A stretch of DNA of 60,927 nucleotides. Origin: Firmicutes bacterium CAG:238 (GTDB lineage: Bacteria; Bacillota; Clostridia; Peptostreptococcales; Anaerovoracaceae). Location of the stretch: positions 1-60,927 of the forward strand of contig FR881937.1 of assembly GCA_000435615.1 (NCBI GenBank), read 5' to 3'. Position numbers and translations under genes: made by a program. Below are positions 10,144 to 19,863 of the stretch, piece after piece. Each line of letters starts with the position of its first letter. Within the stretch, counting starts at the first letter, position 1. The notes below the pieces were generated by a model that saw nothing but the letters and a program-made list of their open reading frames with translations, was not told where the DNA came from and ran no database searches.

Positions 10144-11121
10144 ATGCGTTTATTAGAAGTAAAAGATTTAAAAACATATTTTACAACATCAAAGGGCAAA
10201 GCAAAAGCTGTGGACGGAGTCTCTTTTTCTTTGGATTACGGGCAGTGCCTGGGACTTGTCGGCGAATCAGGCTGCGGCAAGACAACGACAGCTCTGTCAA
10301 TCTGCCATCTGCTTCCGAAAGAGGGAAAGGTTGAAAGCGGACAGATTCTTATGGAGGGCATCGATTACGGCACGCTCTCCGAAGAAGAAATCATGAAACA
10401 CAGATGGGAAGATGTGTCGATTATCTTCCAGGGCGCGATGAATGCGTTCAACCCCGTAAAGAAGGTCGGCTGGCAGATTGCCGAAGCCTGCATTCTCCAT
10501 CAGGGAATGTCCAAAGAAGAGGCGTGGAAGAGAGCCGGAGATCTTTTTGAAATGGTTGGAATTGCTCGTGAGAGAGTCAGCCAGTATCCGCATGAGTTTT
10601 CAGGCGGCATGAAGCAGAGGGCGATGATTGCAATGGCGCTTGCGTGCAACCCGAAGCTCATCATAGGCGACGAACCGACTACCGCACTTGATGTAATGAT
10701 ACAGGCTCAGATTCTCGAGCTTTTGGAAAAACTCAGAAAAGAACTGAACATGGGAATGATTCTCATAACCCACGACCTTTCGATTCTGAGTGAAACCTGC
10801 GACAAAATTGCGGTCATGTACGCAGGCAAGATTGCAGAGATGGGGACAGTGGATGACATTTTCAACCATCCGATGCATCCGTACACCAAGAAACTGCTGG
10901 CGTGCTTCCCGAACATAAGCAGCGGAAGCAGAGTGATTCCGGAAGGGATTCCGGGTTATCCGCCGAGTCTGATTGACCCGCCTGAAGGGTGCAGATTCTG
11001 TCCGAGATGTTCGGAAAGCACCGGGATTTGTTCGCAAAAAGAACCGGAATACATACAGGCAGGGCCGGAGCATTTCGTTTCGTGCCATCTGTGCGGGGAA
11101 GGCGGTGAGTATCATGGCTGA
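10144..11121 (+). CDS. oppD: Peptide ABC transporter ATP-binding protein
   Basis: GESGCGKT, FSGGMKQR, DEPTTALD, Cys-rich C-terminal oligo_HPY domain. Confidence 0.92.
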   Translation: MRLLEVKDLKTYFTTSKGKAKAVDGVSFSLDYGQCLGLVGESGCGKTTTALSICHLLPKEGKVESGQILMEGIDYGTLSEEEIMKHRWEDVSIIFQGAMNAFNPVKKVGWQIAEACILHQGMSKEEAWKRAGDLFEMVGIARERVSQYPHEFSGGMKQRAMIAMALACNPKLIIGDEPTTALDVMIQAQILELLEKLRKELNMGMILITHDLSILSETCDKIAVMYAGKIAEMGTVDDIFNHPMHPYTKKLLACFPNISSGSRVIPEGIPGYPPSLIDPPEGCRFCPRCSESTGICSQKEPEYIQAGPEHFVSCHLCGEGGEYHG

Positions 11122-12106
11122 GAAAATGCTTGAAGTAAGAGACTTAAAGGTATATTTTGAGGTAAAAAAGAGCCTTGCATCGTCACTCTTTGGGAAGCCG
11201 CAGGTTTTGAAGGCGGTTGACGGCGTGAGCTTCGATATAAACAGAGGCGAAATTCTGTCCCTGGTAGGAGAATCGGGTTCCGGAAAAACGACAACCGGCA
11301 AGGCCATTCTGCAGCTTGCACCGGTAACCGAAGGAAGCATTCGCTTTCACGGTGAGGAAATTGTCGGTAGGAAAGACCTTTCGGAGTTTCGGAAAAACGC
11401 GCAGATGATCTATCAGGACCCATATCAGTCCCTCAATCCGAGACAGTACATATCCGACATCGTCGGGGAAGCACTGGATGTAAACGGACTGGTTTCGACG
11501 CAGGAAGAACGTGAGTCCAAGATTAAGGAAGCGCTTGAAGATGCCGGACTGTCGCCTGCAGATGACTATATGTACAGAAGACCGTTTGAACTTTCCGGAG
11601 GTCAGCGGCAGAGAGCGGCAATCGCCGGCTCGCTGATAATGAAGCCGGAATTCGTGGTTGCGGACGAGCCGGTGTCGATGCTGGATGCAAGTATCCGAAC
11701 CGGAATCATCCGTTTGATGCTCAAAGAGAGGGACGAAAAAGGCGTTGCATATTTGTTCATAACCCACGACCTTTCCCTTGCGTGGCTCATTTCGGACAAA
11801 ATCGCGATCATGTATCTGGGTAAAATCATGGAAATCGGCACAGCGGATGAAATCGTAAACAATCCGAAGCACCCATACAGCAAAGCGCTTTTGGGAATCA
11901 TGCCGGTGCCGGGAAAAGTTCTGACCGAAAAACGAAAAATTCTTGAAGGCGAAACGCCGAATGCAGGCGTTGAAATCAAAGGCTGCAAATTCTGCGGAAG
12001 ATGTCCGGAAGTAATGCCGAAATGCCACGAGATTGAGCCGGAAAACATTGAAATCTCACCGGGACATTTCGTGATGTGCCATAAATATTCGGACAAACAA
12101 GAATAA
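11114..12106 (+). CDS. oppF: Peptide ABC transporter ATP-binding protein
   Basis: GESGSGKT, LSGGQRQR, DEPVSMLD, HPYS, Cys-rich tail. Confidence 0.92.
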   Translation: MAEKMLEVRDLKVYFEVKKSLASSLFGKPQVLKAVDGVSFDINRGEILSLVGESGSGKTTTGKAILQLAPVTEGSIRFHGEEIVGRKDLSEFRKNAQMIYQDPYQSLNPRQYISDIVGEALDVNGLVSTQEERESKIKEALEDAGLSPADDYMYRRPFELSGGQRQRAAIAGSLIMKPEFVVADEPVSMLDASIRTGIIRLMLKERDEKGVAYLFITHDLSLAWLISDKIAIMYLGKIMEIGTADEIVNNPKHPYSKALLGIMPVPGKVLTEKRKILEGETPNAGVEIKGCKFCGRCPEVMPKCHEIEPENIEISPGHFVMCHKYSDKQE

Positions 12107-12125
12107 AAGCAAAAGGAGAGCGGTC

Positions 12126-13370
12126 ATGAAAATACTGGATGATTTAAACACATTGATTTCCTATCCGAGCCGCAGCGAAGACGGTGAGTGCTGCAAGGAA
12201 GCACTGGGCTGTGTGCTTGGTCTTGCAAAAAGTTTCGGACTTGAGATCAAATGCGGCAGACACGGTGATGTCGGAATTGTTGAACTCGGGGAAGGAGAAA
12301 AAACGGTGGGGATTCTTGTCCATGTCGATGTCGTTTCCGAGGGAAACCTTTCCCTTTGGAAGCACGACCCGTTTAAACTTACTGAAGAAGACGGGATGCT
12401 TTACGGCCGGGGAATTATAGATGACAAAGGACCCGTAATCGCATGTCTTTACGCATTGAAGGAAATCAAAGAACAAAACATTCCACTGAAAAAACGGATT
12501 CGAATGATTATCGGCACTTCGGAAGAAATAGAGTGGACAGATATGGTGCACTACAAAGAGGAATTCAGCATTCCGGATTACGGGTTTACTCCTGATGGGA
12601 ACTTCCCTATTTATAATAGAGAAAACGGATTCATGGACATTGAACTGAGATTCCGGGAACAATTTACGGGAGATGTGCATTCTTTCAAGGGGGGAACGGT
12701 TACCAATTCGGTGCCTTCCTATGCCGAGTACAAGCTGGGAGAAAAGACAGTCGCGTTCAACGGGAAAGGGGCGCACAGTTCAGCTCCGGAACTCGGAGTC
12801 AATGCCATTAACCTGCTTTGCAAGGATGCGGAAAAATACGGATTCCGTTTTGCGAAGCTGATAAACAAATTTTTCCCGGATGGAAAGTTTGCATCCAATT
12901 TTACATTTGTAAGACGGGACGGAGAGCCCAATAAAAAAGAAGATTTAACGATTGTTCCTACTGTACTGAAACAGGAAGGCGATGTAATTACCGTGAATCT
13001 TAATGCAAGACAGGCATACGAAATTCCCGGAGACAACATCGTAGCCGCCTTGCGGGAAAAACAGGAAGAATACGGATATGAGGTCTTCCCGCAGGAAGTT
13101 AACGAAGCGGTGTATGTAGACGAAAATCAGCCGTGGCTGAAACGGATGCAGAAAGTAACCGCAGACTACGGCATGAGTGAGGAGTGCCTGCTTGCAAGCG
13201 GCTCGAGCTACGCAAAGTGCATGCCGGATGTGGTAAGCTGGGGGCCGGTTTTTCCGGGCGAGCCGGATTGTGCACATATGGAAAACGAGAGACAGAGCGT
13301 AGAGAGTTTCTTGAAAACGGTGGAAATATACAGAGATTACCTTATTGAGGAAGGAAGAAGTTCCGACTGA
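12126..13370 (+). CDS. M20 metallo-dipeptidase (PepV/Sapep-like)
   Basis: HVDVV, GRGIIDDKGP, GTSEE, FTPDG, AHMENE. Confidence 0.85.
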   Translation: MKILDDLNTLISYPSRSEDGECCKEALGCVLGLAKSFGLEIKCGRHGDVGIVELGEGEKTVGILVHVDVVSEGNLSLWKHDPFKLTEEDGMLYGRGIIDDKGPVIACLYALKEIKEQNIPLKKRIRMIIGTSEEIEWTDMVHYKEEFSIPDYGFTPDGNFPIYNRENGFMDIELRFREQFTGDVHSFKGGTVTNSVPSYAEYKLGEKTVAFNGKGAHSSAPELGVNAINLLCKDAEKYGFRFAKLINKFFPDGKFASNFTFVRRDGEPNKKEDLTIVPTVLKQEGDVITVNLNARQAYEIPGDNIVAALREKQEEYGYEVFPQEVNEAVYVDENQPWLKRMQKVTADYGMSEECLLASGSSYAKCMPDVVSWGPVFPGEPDCAHMENERQSVESFLKTVEIYRDYLIEEGRSSD

Positions 13371-13393
13371 AGTAAGAGCGGAGGAAACGGAAG

Positions 13394-14563
13394 ATGAAAA
13401 AAGATGCGGTTCAGCTTACGAAAGAGATGGTGAAAATTAAAAGCTATTCTTTCATGGAGAATCAAGAGGAAGAAATATCAAAATATATTTTGGATTTTTT
13501 CACGGAAAACGGAATAACATCGTACCGGACGGAAATCGTGCCGGGCAGATACAACACCTTTGCAATCCTGAAGGGAGAGGACTCGGAGAACAATCCGTCA
13601 CTTCTTCTCACGGGGCACATGGATACCGTTCCCGCATACGATTTCAAGGAGGCATTTACGGCACGGGAGGATGCGGATTATCTTTACGGGCGCGGAAGCT
13701 GCGACATGAAAGGCGCGCTCGCAGCGATGATGTGCGCCATGGTAAATATAAAGGAAAGCGGAACGAAGCTGAAAGGAGACTTGATTTTCTGCGGAGTTGC
13801 CGATGAAGAAGAAGCGGGAATCGGAACAGAGAGCTTGATTAAGACCGGGCCGGAAGCGACCTATGCGGTCATCGGGGAGCCTACCAAACTTGAAATCGCA
13901 TTGGGGCACAAAGGTCTCGAATGGATCGAGATATCCTTTAAAGGAAAGAAGGTTCACGGAGGCGCACAGAAGGACGGTGTGAATGCGATTATGATGGCAG
14001 GCAGATTTCTTCATAAACTGGAGACGGAATATCTGCCGAAGCTTGAAAAGCGGACGCATCCGGTTCTGGGAACCGCGACGCTGAATATCGGTACTATCAC
14101 AGGAGGTGACCAGCCGAGCACGGTTGCGGACAAGTGCAGCATAAGACTTGACAGAAGATGTCTTACGGATGAGACCATCGCACAGGTATATGAAGAACTT
14201 CAGGCGATTTGTGACGAACTACATGAAGAGGACCCGAAATTCGAGGCGGAAATCCGGGATGTGTTCAACGGCGAGACCATGCCGCATATTCCTTTCTGCA
14301 CAGACGGAAACTCGCCGCTTGTCAAGGCCGCAGAAAATGCGCTCGGCAGGGAAGGCATGACACCTGTGCTGACATGTTTTCCGGCATGGAGCGATGCGGG
14401 ATTCATGAATGCGCTTACAAAAAGCGAATGCATCGTGCTTGGACCGGGAGACCTATCCGTAGCACATTCGATACACGAAAAAATCAGCAAAAGGCAGCTT
14501 TTGAGTGCGGTTTCGGTATATGAAGAAATGGCAAGAGAAATCTGCAAAACGGTATGGACATAA
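13394..14563 (+). CDS. M20 ArgE/DapE-family deacylase
   Basis: GHMDTVP, GRGSCDMKG, ADEE, GEPT, GPG..AHSIHE. Confidence 0.88.
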   Translation: MKKDAVQLTKEMVKIKSYSFMENQEEEISKYILDFFTENGITSYRTEIVPGRYNTFAILKGEDSENNPSLLLTGHMDTVPAYDFKEAFTAREDADYLYGRGSCDMKGALAAMMCAMVNIKESGTKLKGDLIFCGVADEEEAGIGTESLIKTGPEATYAVIGEPTKLEIALGHKGLEWIEISFKGKKVHGGAQKDGVNAIMMAGRFLHKLETEYLPKLEKRTHPVLGTATLNIGTITGGDQPSTVADKCSIRLDRRCLTDETIAQVYEELQAICDELHEEDPKFEAEIRDVFNGETMPHIPFCTDGNSPLVKAAENALGREGMTPVLTCFPAWSDAGFMNALTKSECIVLGPGDLSVAHSIHEKISKRQLLSAVSVYEEMAREICKTVWT

Positions 14564-14575
14564 TGTGAAAACAGG

Positions 14576-14613
14576 CTCCGCAAGGCTGAAAACATGGCTT
14601 TGCGGAGTTTTTT
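14576..14613 (+). terminator. Rho-independent terminator of the peptide operon
   Basis: CTCCGCAAGGC...GCTTTGCGGAG followed by T-run. Confidence 0.8.
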
Positions 14614-14723
14614 CGACTTTTTTCGTGCTAAGAAATAATATTTTTAGTGATTTTTGTTTTTTGTTGTAGTATAATATATTGCGTATGATTTTATATAAAA
14701 TTTAGAAAGGAAGGTCTCACACA

Positions 14724-16034
14724 ATGAGTCAAAAACATTTACAAAGCATTCATGTGAGTCATTATAAGCACACTGCTGGATGTGCGACAGAGATAATGCC
14801 TACACCGGATGTTGTAAAGATTTCTATGTCTCAGCATATCGGAGCACCTTGTAAACCGCTGGTTGCAAAGGGCGACTATGTTAAAGTCGGCCAAAAGATC
14901 GGTGATACAGACGCTTTCGTAAGTGCACCTATCCACTCCGGTGTATCCGGCACGGTTACAGCCATTGAGGAGCAGAGAAATGCAGCAGGTGGATTTGAAA
15001 CGCTTGTTGTCATTGAAACAGACAAGAAACAAGAATTATCAGAGGAAGTTAAAGTTCCTGCAGAACCTAAGGATTTAGCCGAATTTGTAAAAGCGGTAAG
15101 AGAATCCGGACTGGTTGGTCTCGGAGGAGCTTCATTCCCGACACACATCAAATTTAACCCTAAGAATATAGATGATGTTCACGCTCTCATCGTAAACGCT
15201 GCAGAATGTGAACCGTTCATCACATCCGACCACAGATTAATGCTGGAAACACCGGATGCACTTCTTGACGGCTGCTTACTTATCATGAAGTATGTAGGAC
15301 TTGACAAAGGCTACATCGCAATTGAAGAAAACAAGCCGGATGCAATCGAGCTTCTTGACAAACGCATCAAAGAGCGCGGAATCACAAACATCGAAACATT
15401 CAAGCTTCAGGCAAGATACCCGAAGGGTGCTGAACGTGTACTGGTATATGAAATCACAGGCAAGACGATGGATGCAGGTGTTCTTCCTGCAGACATGGGC
15501 GTCATTCTTGACAACGTAACCACAGTTGCATTCGTTGGTCAGTACTTCAAGACAGGACGTCCTCTTACGACTAAGAGAGTAACTGTTGACGGCGATGCTG
15601 TTGCTCAGCCGAAGAACGTGATTGCACCAATCGGAACTTCCGTTCATGATGTAATCGAATTCTGCGGCGGCTATAAAGCTGAGCCTAAGAAGATTTTGAT
15701 GGGCGGACCTATGATGGGAAGAGCTATTTACTCCGACGCTATGCCGCTGGTAAAGAACAACAACGCAATCTTAGCGTTCTCCGGTCCGCAGAGCATTGTA
15801 AAAGAAGAAACAGCCTGCATCAACTGCGGAAGATGCCACCAGGCATGTCCGTTCAAGCTCATTCCGACAGCTTTGGCTAAGGCTTACGAAATGAGAGATG
15901 CACAGGCACTCAAAGACTTAAGGGTAATGCAGTGCATGAACTGCGGTTCCTGCTCCTACATCTGCCCTGCACACAGACCTTTGGGATTCATCAATACTTT
16001 AGGTAAAACAGTACTGAAGGAGGCGGGAATCTAA
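14724..16034 (+). CDS. rnfC: Rnf complex subunit C
   Basis: QHIGAP, GLVGLGGASFPTH, NAAECEP, MGGPMMG, two CxxCxxCxxxC motifs. Confidence 0.95.
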   Translation: MSQKHLQSIHVSHYKHTAGCATEIMPTPDVVKISMSQHIGAPCKPLVAKGDYVKVGQKIGDTDAFVSAPIHSGVSGTVTAIEEQRNAAGGFETLVVIETDKKQELSEEVKVPAEPKDLAEFVKAVRESGLVGLGGASFPTHIKFNPKNIDDVHALIVNAAECEPFITSDHRLMLETPDALLDGCLLIMKYVGLDKGYIAIEENKPDAIELLDKRIKERGITNIETFKLQARYPKGAERVLVYEITGKTMDAGVLPADMGVILDNVTTVAFVGQYFKTGRPLTTKRVTVDGDAVAQPKNVIAPIGTSVHDVIEFCGGYKAEPKKILMGGPMMGRAIYSDAMPLVKNNNAILAFSGPQSIVKEETACINCGRCHQACPFKLIPTALAKAYEMRDAQALKDLRVMQCMNCGSCSYICPAHRPLGFINTLGKTVLKEAGI

Positions 16035-17011
16035 TGGACAAGAAATATTATGACAATTTAATTGTATCCGCGTCTCCGCATCTCGTGACCGCAATGGATA
16101 CACAGAAGACGATGCTGATGGTTCTCATCGCACTCGTTCCTTCATTACTTGTTAGTACATATGTTTTCGGATTCAGAGTACTGATTCTGACTGCTGTATG
16201 TATCGCAGCTTCCATGTTCTTCGAATGGGCTTGGAACAAACTTATGAAGAGAAAGCAGACGGTATGCGACCTCAGTGCTGCACTTACAGGAACATTGATT
16301 GCATTCAATCTTCCTTCCGGACTTCCTTACTGGATTGCAATTGTTGGCTGCTTCGTAGCTATCATCGTAGTTAAACAGTTATTCGGAGGTATCGGCAAGA
16401 ACCTCGTTAACCCTGCAATCACAGCAAGAATCGTTCTGTTCATTTCCTTCGCAACGGAAATGACGACGTGGCCGCTTCCAAGAATGAACCAGACTGCAGA
16501 TGTCCTTACAGGCCCTACTCCGCTCGGAGTAATTCATGAAGGCGGACAGCTTCCTACAAACATGGAAATGTTCCTCGGATATATCGGCGGTTCCATGGGT
16601 GAAGTAAGTGCAATCGCACTTATCATCGGCGGACTTTTCCTTGTATGGAAAAAGATTATCAGCCCAATCATCCCTTGCTGCTTCATCGGTACGGTATTCG
16701 TATTCGCACTCATCTATTACAGTGCAACAGGAAACGGAGACGCTCTCCAGATGGCAGTCTTCCATATCCTTGCCGGCGGCGTAATGCTTGGTGCGATTTT
16801 CATGGCTACAGACTATGTAACTTCTCCGTTATTACCTGCAGGAAAAGTTGTATTCGGTATCGGATGCGGCGTTATCACAATGCTTATCAGACTGTTCGGT
16901 CAGTATCCGGAAGGCGTATCTTTCTCCATCCTGATTATGAACTGCCTGACACCGCTCATCGACAGCTTCTTCCAGAAGAGAATGTATGGAGGTGCTAAGA
17001 ATGAAAAGTAA
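16034..17011 (+). CDS. rnfD: Rnf complex subunit D
   Basis: SASPH, KQLFGGIGKN..NPA, FMN-Thr motif TGPTPL, FMATDYVTSP. Confidence 0.95.
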   Translation: MDKKYYDNLIVSASPHLVTAMDTQKTMLMVLIALVPSLLVSTYVFGFRVLILTAVCIAASMFFEWAWNKLMKRKQTVCDLSAALTGTLIAFNLPSGLPYWIAIVGCFVAIIVVKQLFGGIGKNLVNPAITARIVLFISFATEMTTWPLPRMNQTADVLTGPTPLGVIHEGGQLPTNMEMFLGYIGGSMGEVSAIALIIGGLFLVWKKIISPIIPCCFIGTVFVFALIYYSATGNGDALQMAVFHILAGGVMLGAIFMATDYVTSPLLPAGKVVFGIGCGVITMLIRLFGQYPEGVSFSILIMNCLTPLIDSFFQKRMYGGAKNEK

Positions 17012-17570
17012 TACATTTAAAGAATATATTCAGCCAAGCGTTGTTCTCGTAGCAATCTGTCTTGTAATCACATTTGCGCTTGCATATGTAAACTCGATTA
17101 CATCACCGATTATCGCTGAGAACACACGGAAAGCGGCTGAAGAAACAAGAAAAGTTCTTCTTCCTGCTGCTCAGTCATTCGAAGAATACACAGGCGACTT
17201 GGTTGAAGTTGAAAAAGATAAAATATATGTAGAAGACTGCTATATCGCAAATGACGGCGGAATGGTTGTTACCGTTAAATCCGCATCCTTTGGCGGCCTG
17301 CTTACTGAGATGGTTGGTATTGACGCAAACGGTGCCATCACCGGCGTTAAGGTAACCGCACATGCGGACACGAAGGGTCTTGGTACGAAAGCGCACGAAG
17401 GCAAATACGTTACACAGTATGAAGGCCTTGACACACTTGCATTTGCTGACAATGTAAAAGGCGACCCTGCTATAGAGCATGTCAGCGGTGCGACAATCTC
17501 CACAAACGGTGTTTACCAGGGAGTATGCGCTGCATTAAAGCAGTTTGAAGCAGTAGGAGGTGCTAACTAA
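17001..17570 (+). CDS. rnfG: Rnf complex subunit G
   Basis: N-terminal TM anchor, TKGLG, FMN-binding SGATIS. Confidence 0.92.
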   Translation: MKSNTFKEYIQPSVVLVAICLVITFALAYVNSITSPIIAENTRKAAEETRKVLLPAAQSFEEYTGDLVEVEKDKIYVEDCYIANDGGMVVTVKSASFGGLLTEMVGIDANGAITGVKVTAHADTKGLGTKAHEGKYVTQYEGLDTLAFADNVKGDPAIEHVSGATISTNGVYQGVCAALKQFEAVGGAN

Positions 17571-18331
17571 TGAAAGAAAAAGTAAATAGATTAGCCGTCC
17601 TCACGAAGGGCATCATTAAGGAAAACCCGAACCTTGTATTGCTGCTTGGTACTTGTCCGACACTCGCGACAACATCCTCTGCATTCAACGGTATGGGTAT
17701 GGGTATCGCAGCAACTGCAGTACTGATTTGCTCCAACATTGCAATTTCACTGCTCGCAAAGCTGATCCCCGATAAAGTAAGAATCCCGTGCTACATCGTA
17801 CTGATTGCAGGATTCGTAACACTCGTACAGTTCATCGTACAGGCATTCGCAGAACCGCTTTACAATTCACTCGGCGTGTTCCTGCCTCTTATTGTAGTTA
17901 ACTGTATCATCCTCGGAAGAGCCGAAATGTTTGCAAACAAGAACGGCGTTCTGGATTCCGCATTGGACGGTATCGGAATGGGTCTTGGTTTCACACTTTC
18001 CCTTACATGCATCGGTGCTGTAAGAGAAATCATCGGTAACGGAACGATTTTCTCCGGATTCTTCCTTGGCGGAGAGGACTTGGTTGCAAAAATTACAATT
18101 GCTATCCCGTTCATTTCCGAACATCCGATGCTCATCATCGCACTTGCTCCGGGCGGATTCTTCGTTTATGCGTGCGCTATCGCAGTTGTAAACAAGATTC
18201 TTGCTTCCAAGGGCAAGAAGCCGAGAGATTTCGGATGCCAGGGCTGCGCGCTTGCAAGCATGTGCAGCCAGGAAAAATGCCTGGAAGAATTAGACGGACT
18301 TAAGATTGAAACGAAAGGAGTTGAAGCATAA
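17570..18331 (+). CDS. rnfE: Rnf complex subunit E
   Basis: ENPNLVLLLGTCPTLA, PLIVVNCIILGRAE, APGGF. Confidence 0.95.
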   Translation: MKEKVNRLAVLTKGIIKENPNLVLLLGTCPTLATTSSAFNGMGMGIAATAVLICSNIAISLLAKLIPDKVRIPCYIVLIAGFVTLVQFIVQAFAEPLYNSLGVFLPLIVVNCIILGRAEMFANKNGVLDSALDGIGMGLGFTLSLTCIGAVREIIGNGTIFSGFFLGGEDLVAKITIAIPFISEHPMLIIALAPGGFFVYACAIAVVNKILASKGKKPRDFGCQGCALASMCSQEKCLEELDGLKIETKGVEA

Positions 18332-18906
18332 TGGCACAGTGGATTAGCATTTTAATCGCTATGATTTTGGTAAACAACTATGTATTGGCTCAATTCCTTG
18401 GTATCTGTCCATTCCTTGGCGTATCCAAGAAGTTAGATTCAGCGGTTGGTATGGGTGTTGCCGTTATTTTCGTAATGGTACTTGCAACTGCCGCTACATG
18501 GCCAATCATGCAGATTTTGAACGATTGGGAAATAGCGTACTTACAGACAATCGTATTTATCCTTATCATTGCTGCACTCGTACAGTTCGTAGAAATGGTA
18601 CTGAAGAAATTCATCCCGTCCTTACATAAAGCGCTCGGTGTATATCTTCCGCTTATCACTACAAACTGTGCAGTACTCGGTGTATGTATCAACAACATCG
18701 ACGCAGGATATAATTACGGATTAGCATTAATTAACTCTTTAGGCGCAGGTATCGGTTTCCTTCTTGCAATGGTTATCTTCTCCGGTATGAGAAGCAAACT
18801 TGAAGGAAATACTGACATTCCGGCACCTTTCCAGGGAGTACCTATCACTATGACTGCGGCCGCACTGTTATCCCTTGCATTCATGGGATTCGGCGGTTTA
18901 GTATAA
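18331..18906 (+). CDS. rnfA: Rnf complex subunit A
   Basis: NNYVLAQFLGICPFLGVS, YLPLITTNCAVLG. Confidence 0.95.
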   Translation: MAQWISILIAMILVNNYVLAQFLGICPFLGVSKKLDSAVGMGVAVIFVMVLATAATWPIMQILNDWEIAYLQTIVFILIIAALVQFVEMVLKKFIPSLHKALGVYLPLITTNCAVLGVCINNIDAGYNYGLALINSLGAGIGFLLAMVIFSGMRSKLEGNTDIPAPFQGVPITMTAAALLSLAFMGFGGLV

Positions 18907-18922
18907 GAAGGAGGCGAAAAAT

Positions 18923-19783
18923 ATGAATCCAATTTTAACACCTGTATTATTGGTAGTCGCAATGGGTCTTGTTTTCGCTGTGATCCTTACTATCGCAGCT
19001 AAGGTATTCTTCGTACCTGTTGACGAAACGGTTATCAAACTCAGAGAACAACTCCCGGGCGCAAACTGCGGCGGATGCGGATTCGCAGGATGTGACGACT
19101 ATGCATCAGCTCTTGCTGCTGATCCTGAGGGAGTTGGACCTAATAAATGTCCGGTAGGCGGAGCAGACTGTGCAGCAGCACTTGCTGCAATTTTAGGCAT
19201 TGAAGCCGGCTCTGCAGAACCACAGGTTGCAACTGTAATGTGTAACGGAAACTCACAGGCTGCTAAGTCCCTTCTTGAATATCAGGGTCTTACAACTTGT
19301 TCCGCAGCTTCCACACTTTACGGTGGAATGAACCAGTGTAAATACGGCTGCCTCGGTCTCGGAGACTGTACAAGAGCTTGTAATTTTGATGCAATCAAGA
19401 TTTGTGACGGTGTTGCCGTTGTAGCAAGAGACCTTTGCACAGGCTGCGGTGCATGCGCATCTGCATGTCCGAAGCATGTAATCAGAATTGCACCGGCTAA
19501 GAACAAAGTTGTTGTTCAGTGCCACTCGGAAGACAAAGGCGCTGCAACTCGCAAGGCATGCTCAAACGGATGTATCGCATGCGGAAAATGTACGAAAGTA
19601 TGTAAGTTCGAAGCAATCACCGTTGAAAACAATCACGCTTACATTGATCCTGAAAAATGTAAGAATTGCGGACTTTGCGCGAAAGAATGTCCTACAGGCG
19701 CTATCAATAACATGAGGGCGAAGAGAAAACCTGCTCAGGCTGCAGCTCCTGCACCAGCAGCAGAAGCGAAGGCTGAAGCTTAG
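18923..19783 (+). CDS. rnfB: Rnf complex subunit B (polyferredoxin)
   Basis: LPGANCGGCGFAGC and multiple CxxCxxCxxxC motifs. Confidence 0.95.
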   Translation: MNPILTPVLLVVAMGLVFAVILTIAAKVFFVPVDETVIKLREQLPGANCGGCGFAGCDDYASALAADPEGVGPNKCPVGGADCAAALAAILGIEAGSAEPQVATVMCNGNSQAAKSLLEYQGLTTCSAASTLYGGMNQCKYGCLGLGDCTRACNFDAIKICDGVAVVARDLCTGCGACASACPKHVIRIAPAKNKVVVQCHSEDKGAATRKACSNGCIACGKCTKVCKFEAITVENNHAYIDPEKCKNCGLCAKECPTGAINNMRAKRKPAQAAAPAPAAEAKAEA

Positions 19784-19810
19784 GATTGACCTTTCTAAAA
19801 TGTAATAATG

Positions 19811-19843
19811 AAACCCCGTCGGACTTTCTCCGACGGGGTTTTT
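19811..19843. terminator. Bidirectional terminator
   Basis: AAACCCCGTCGGA-ctttc-TCCGACGGGGTTT between convergent genes. Confidence 0.88.
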
Positions 19844-19863
19844 GTAAGTGCATATTTCTGAAG

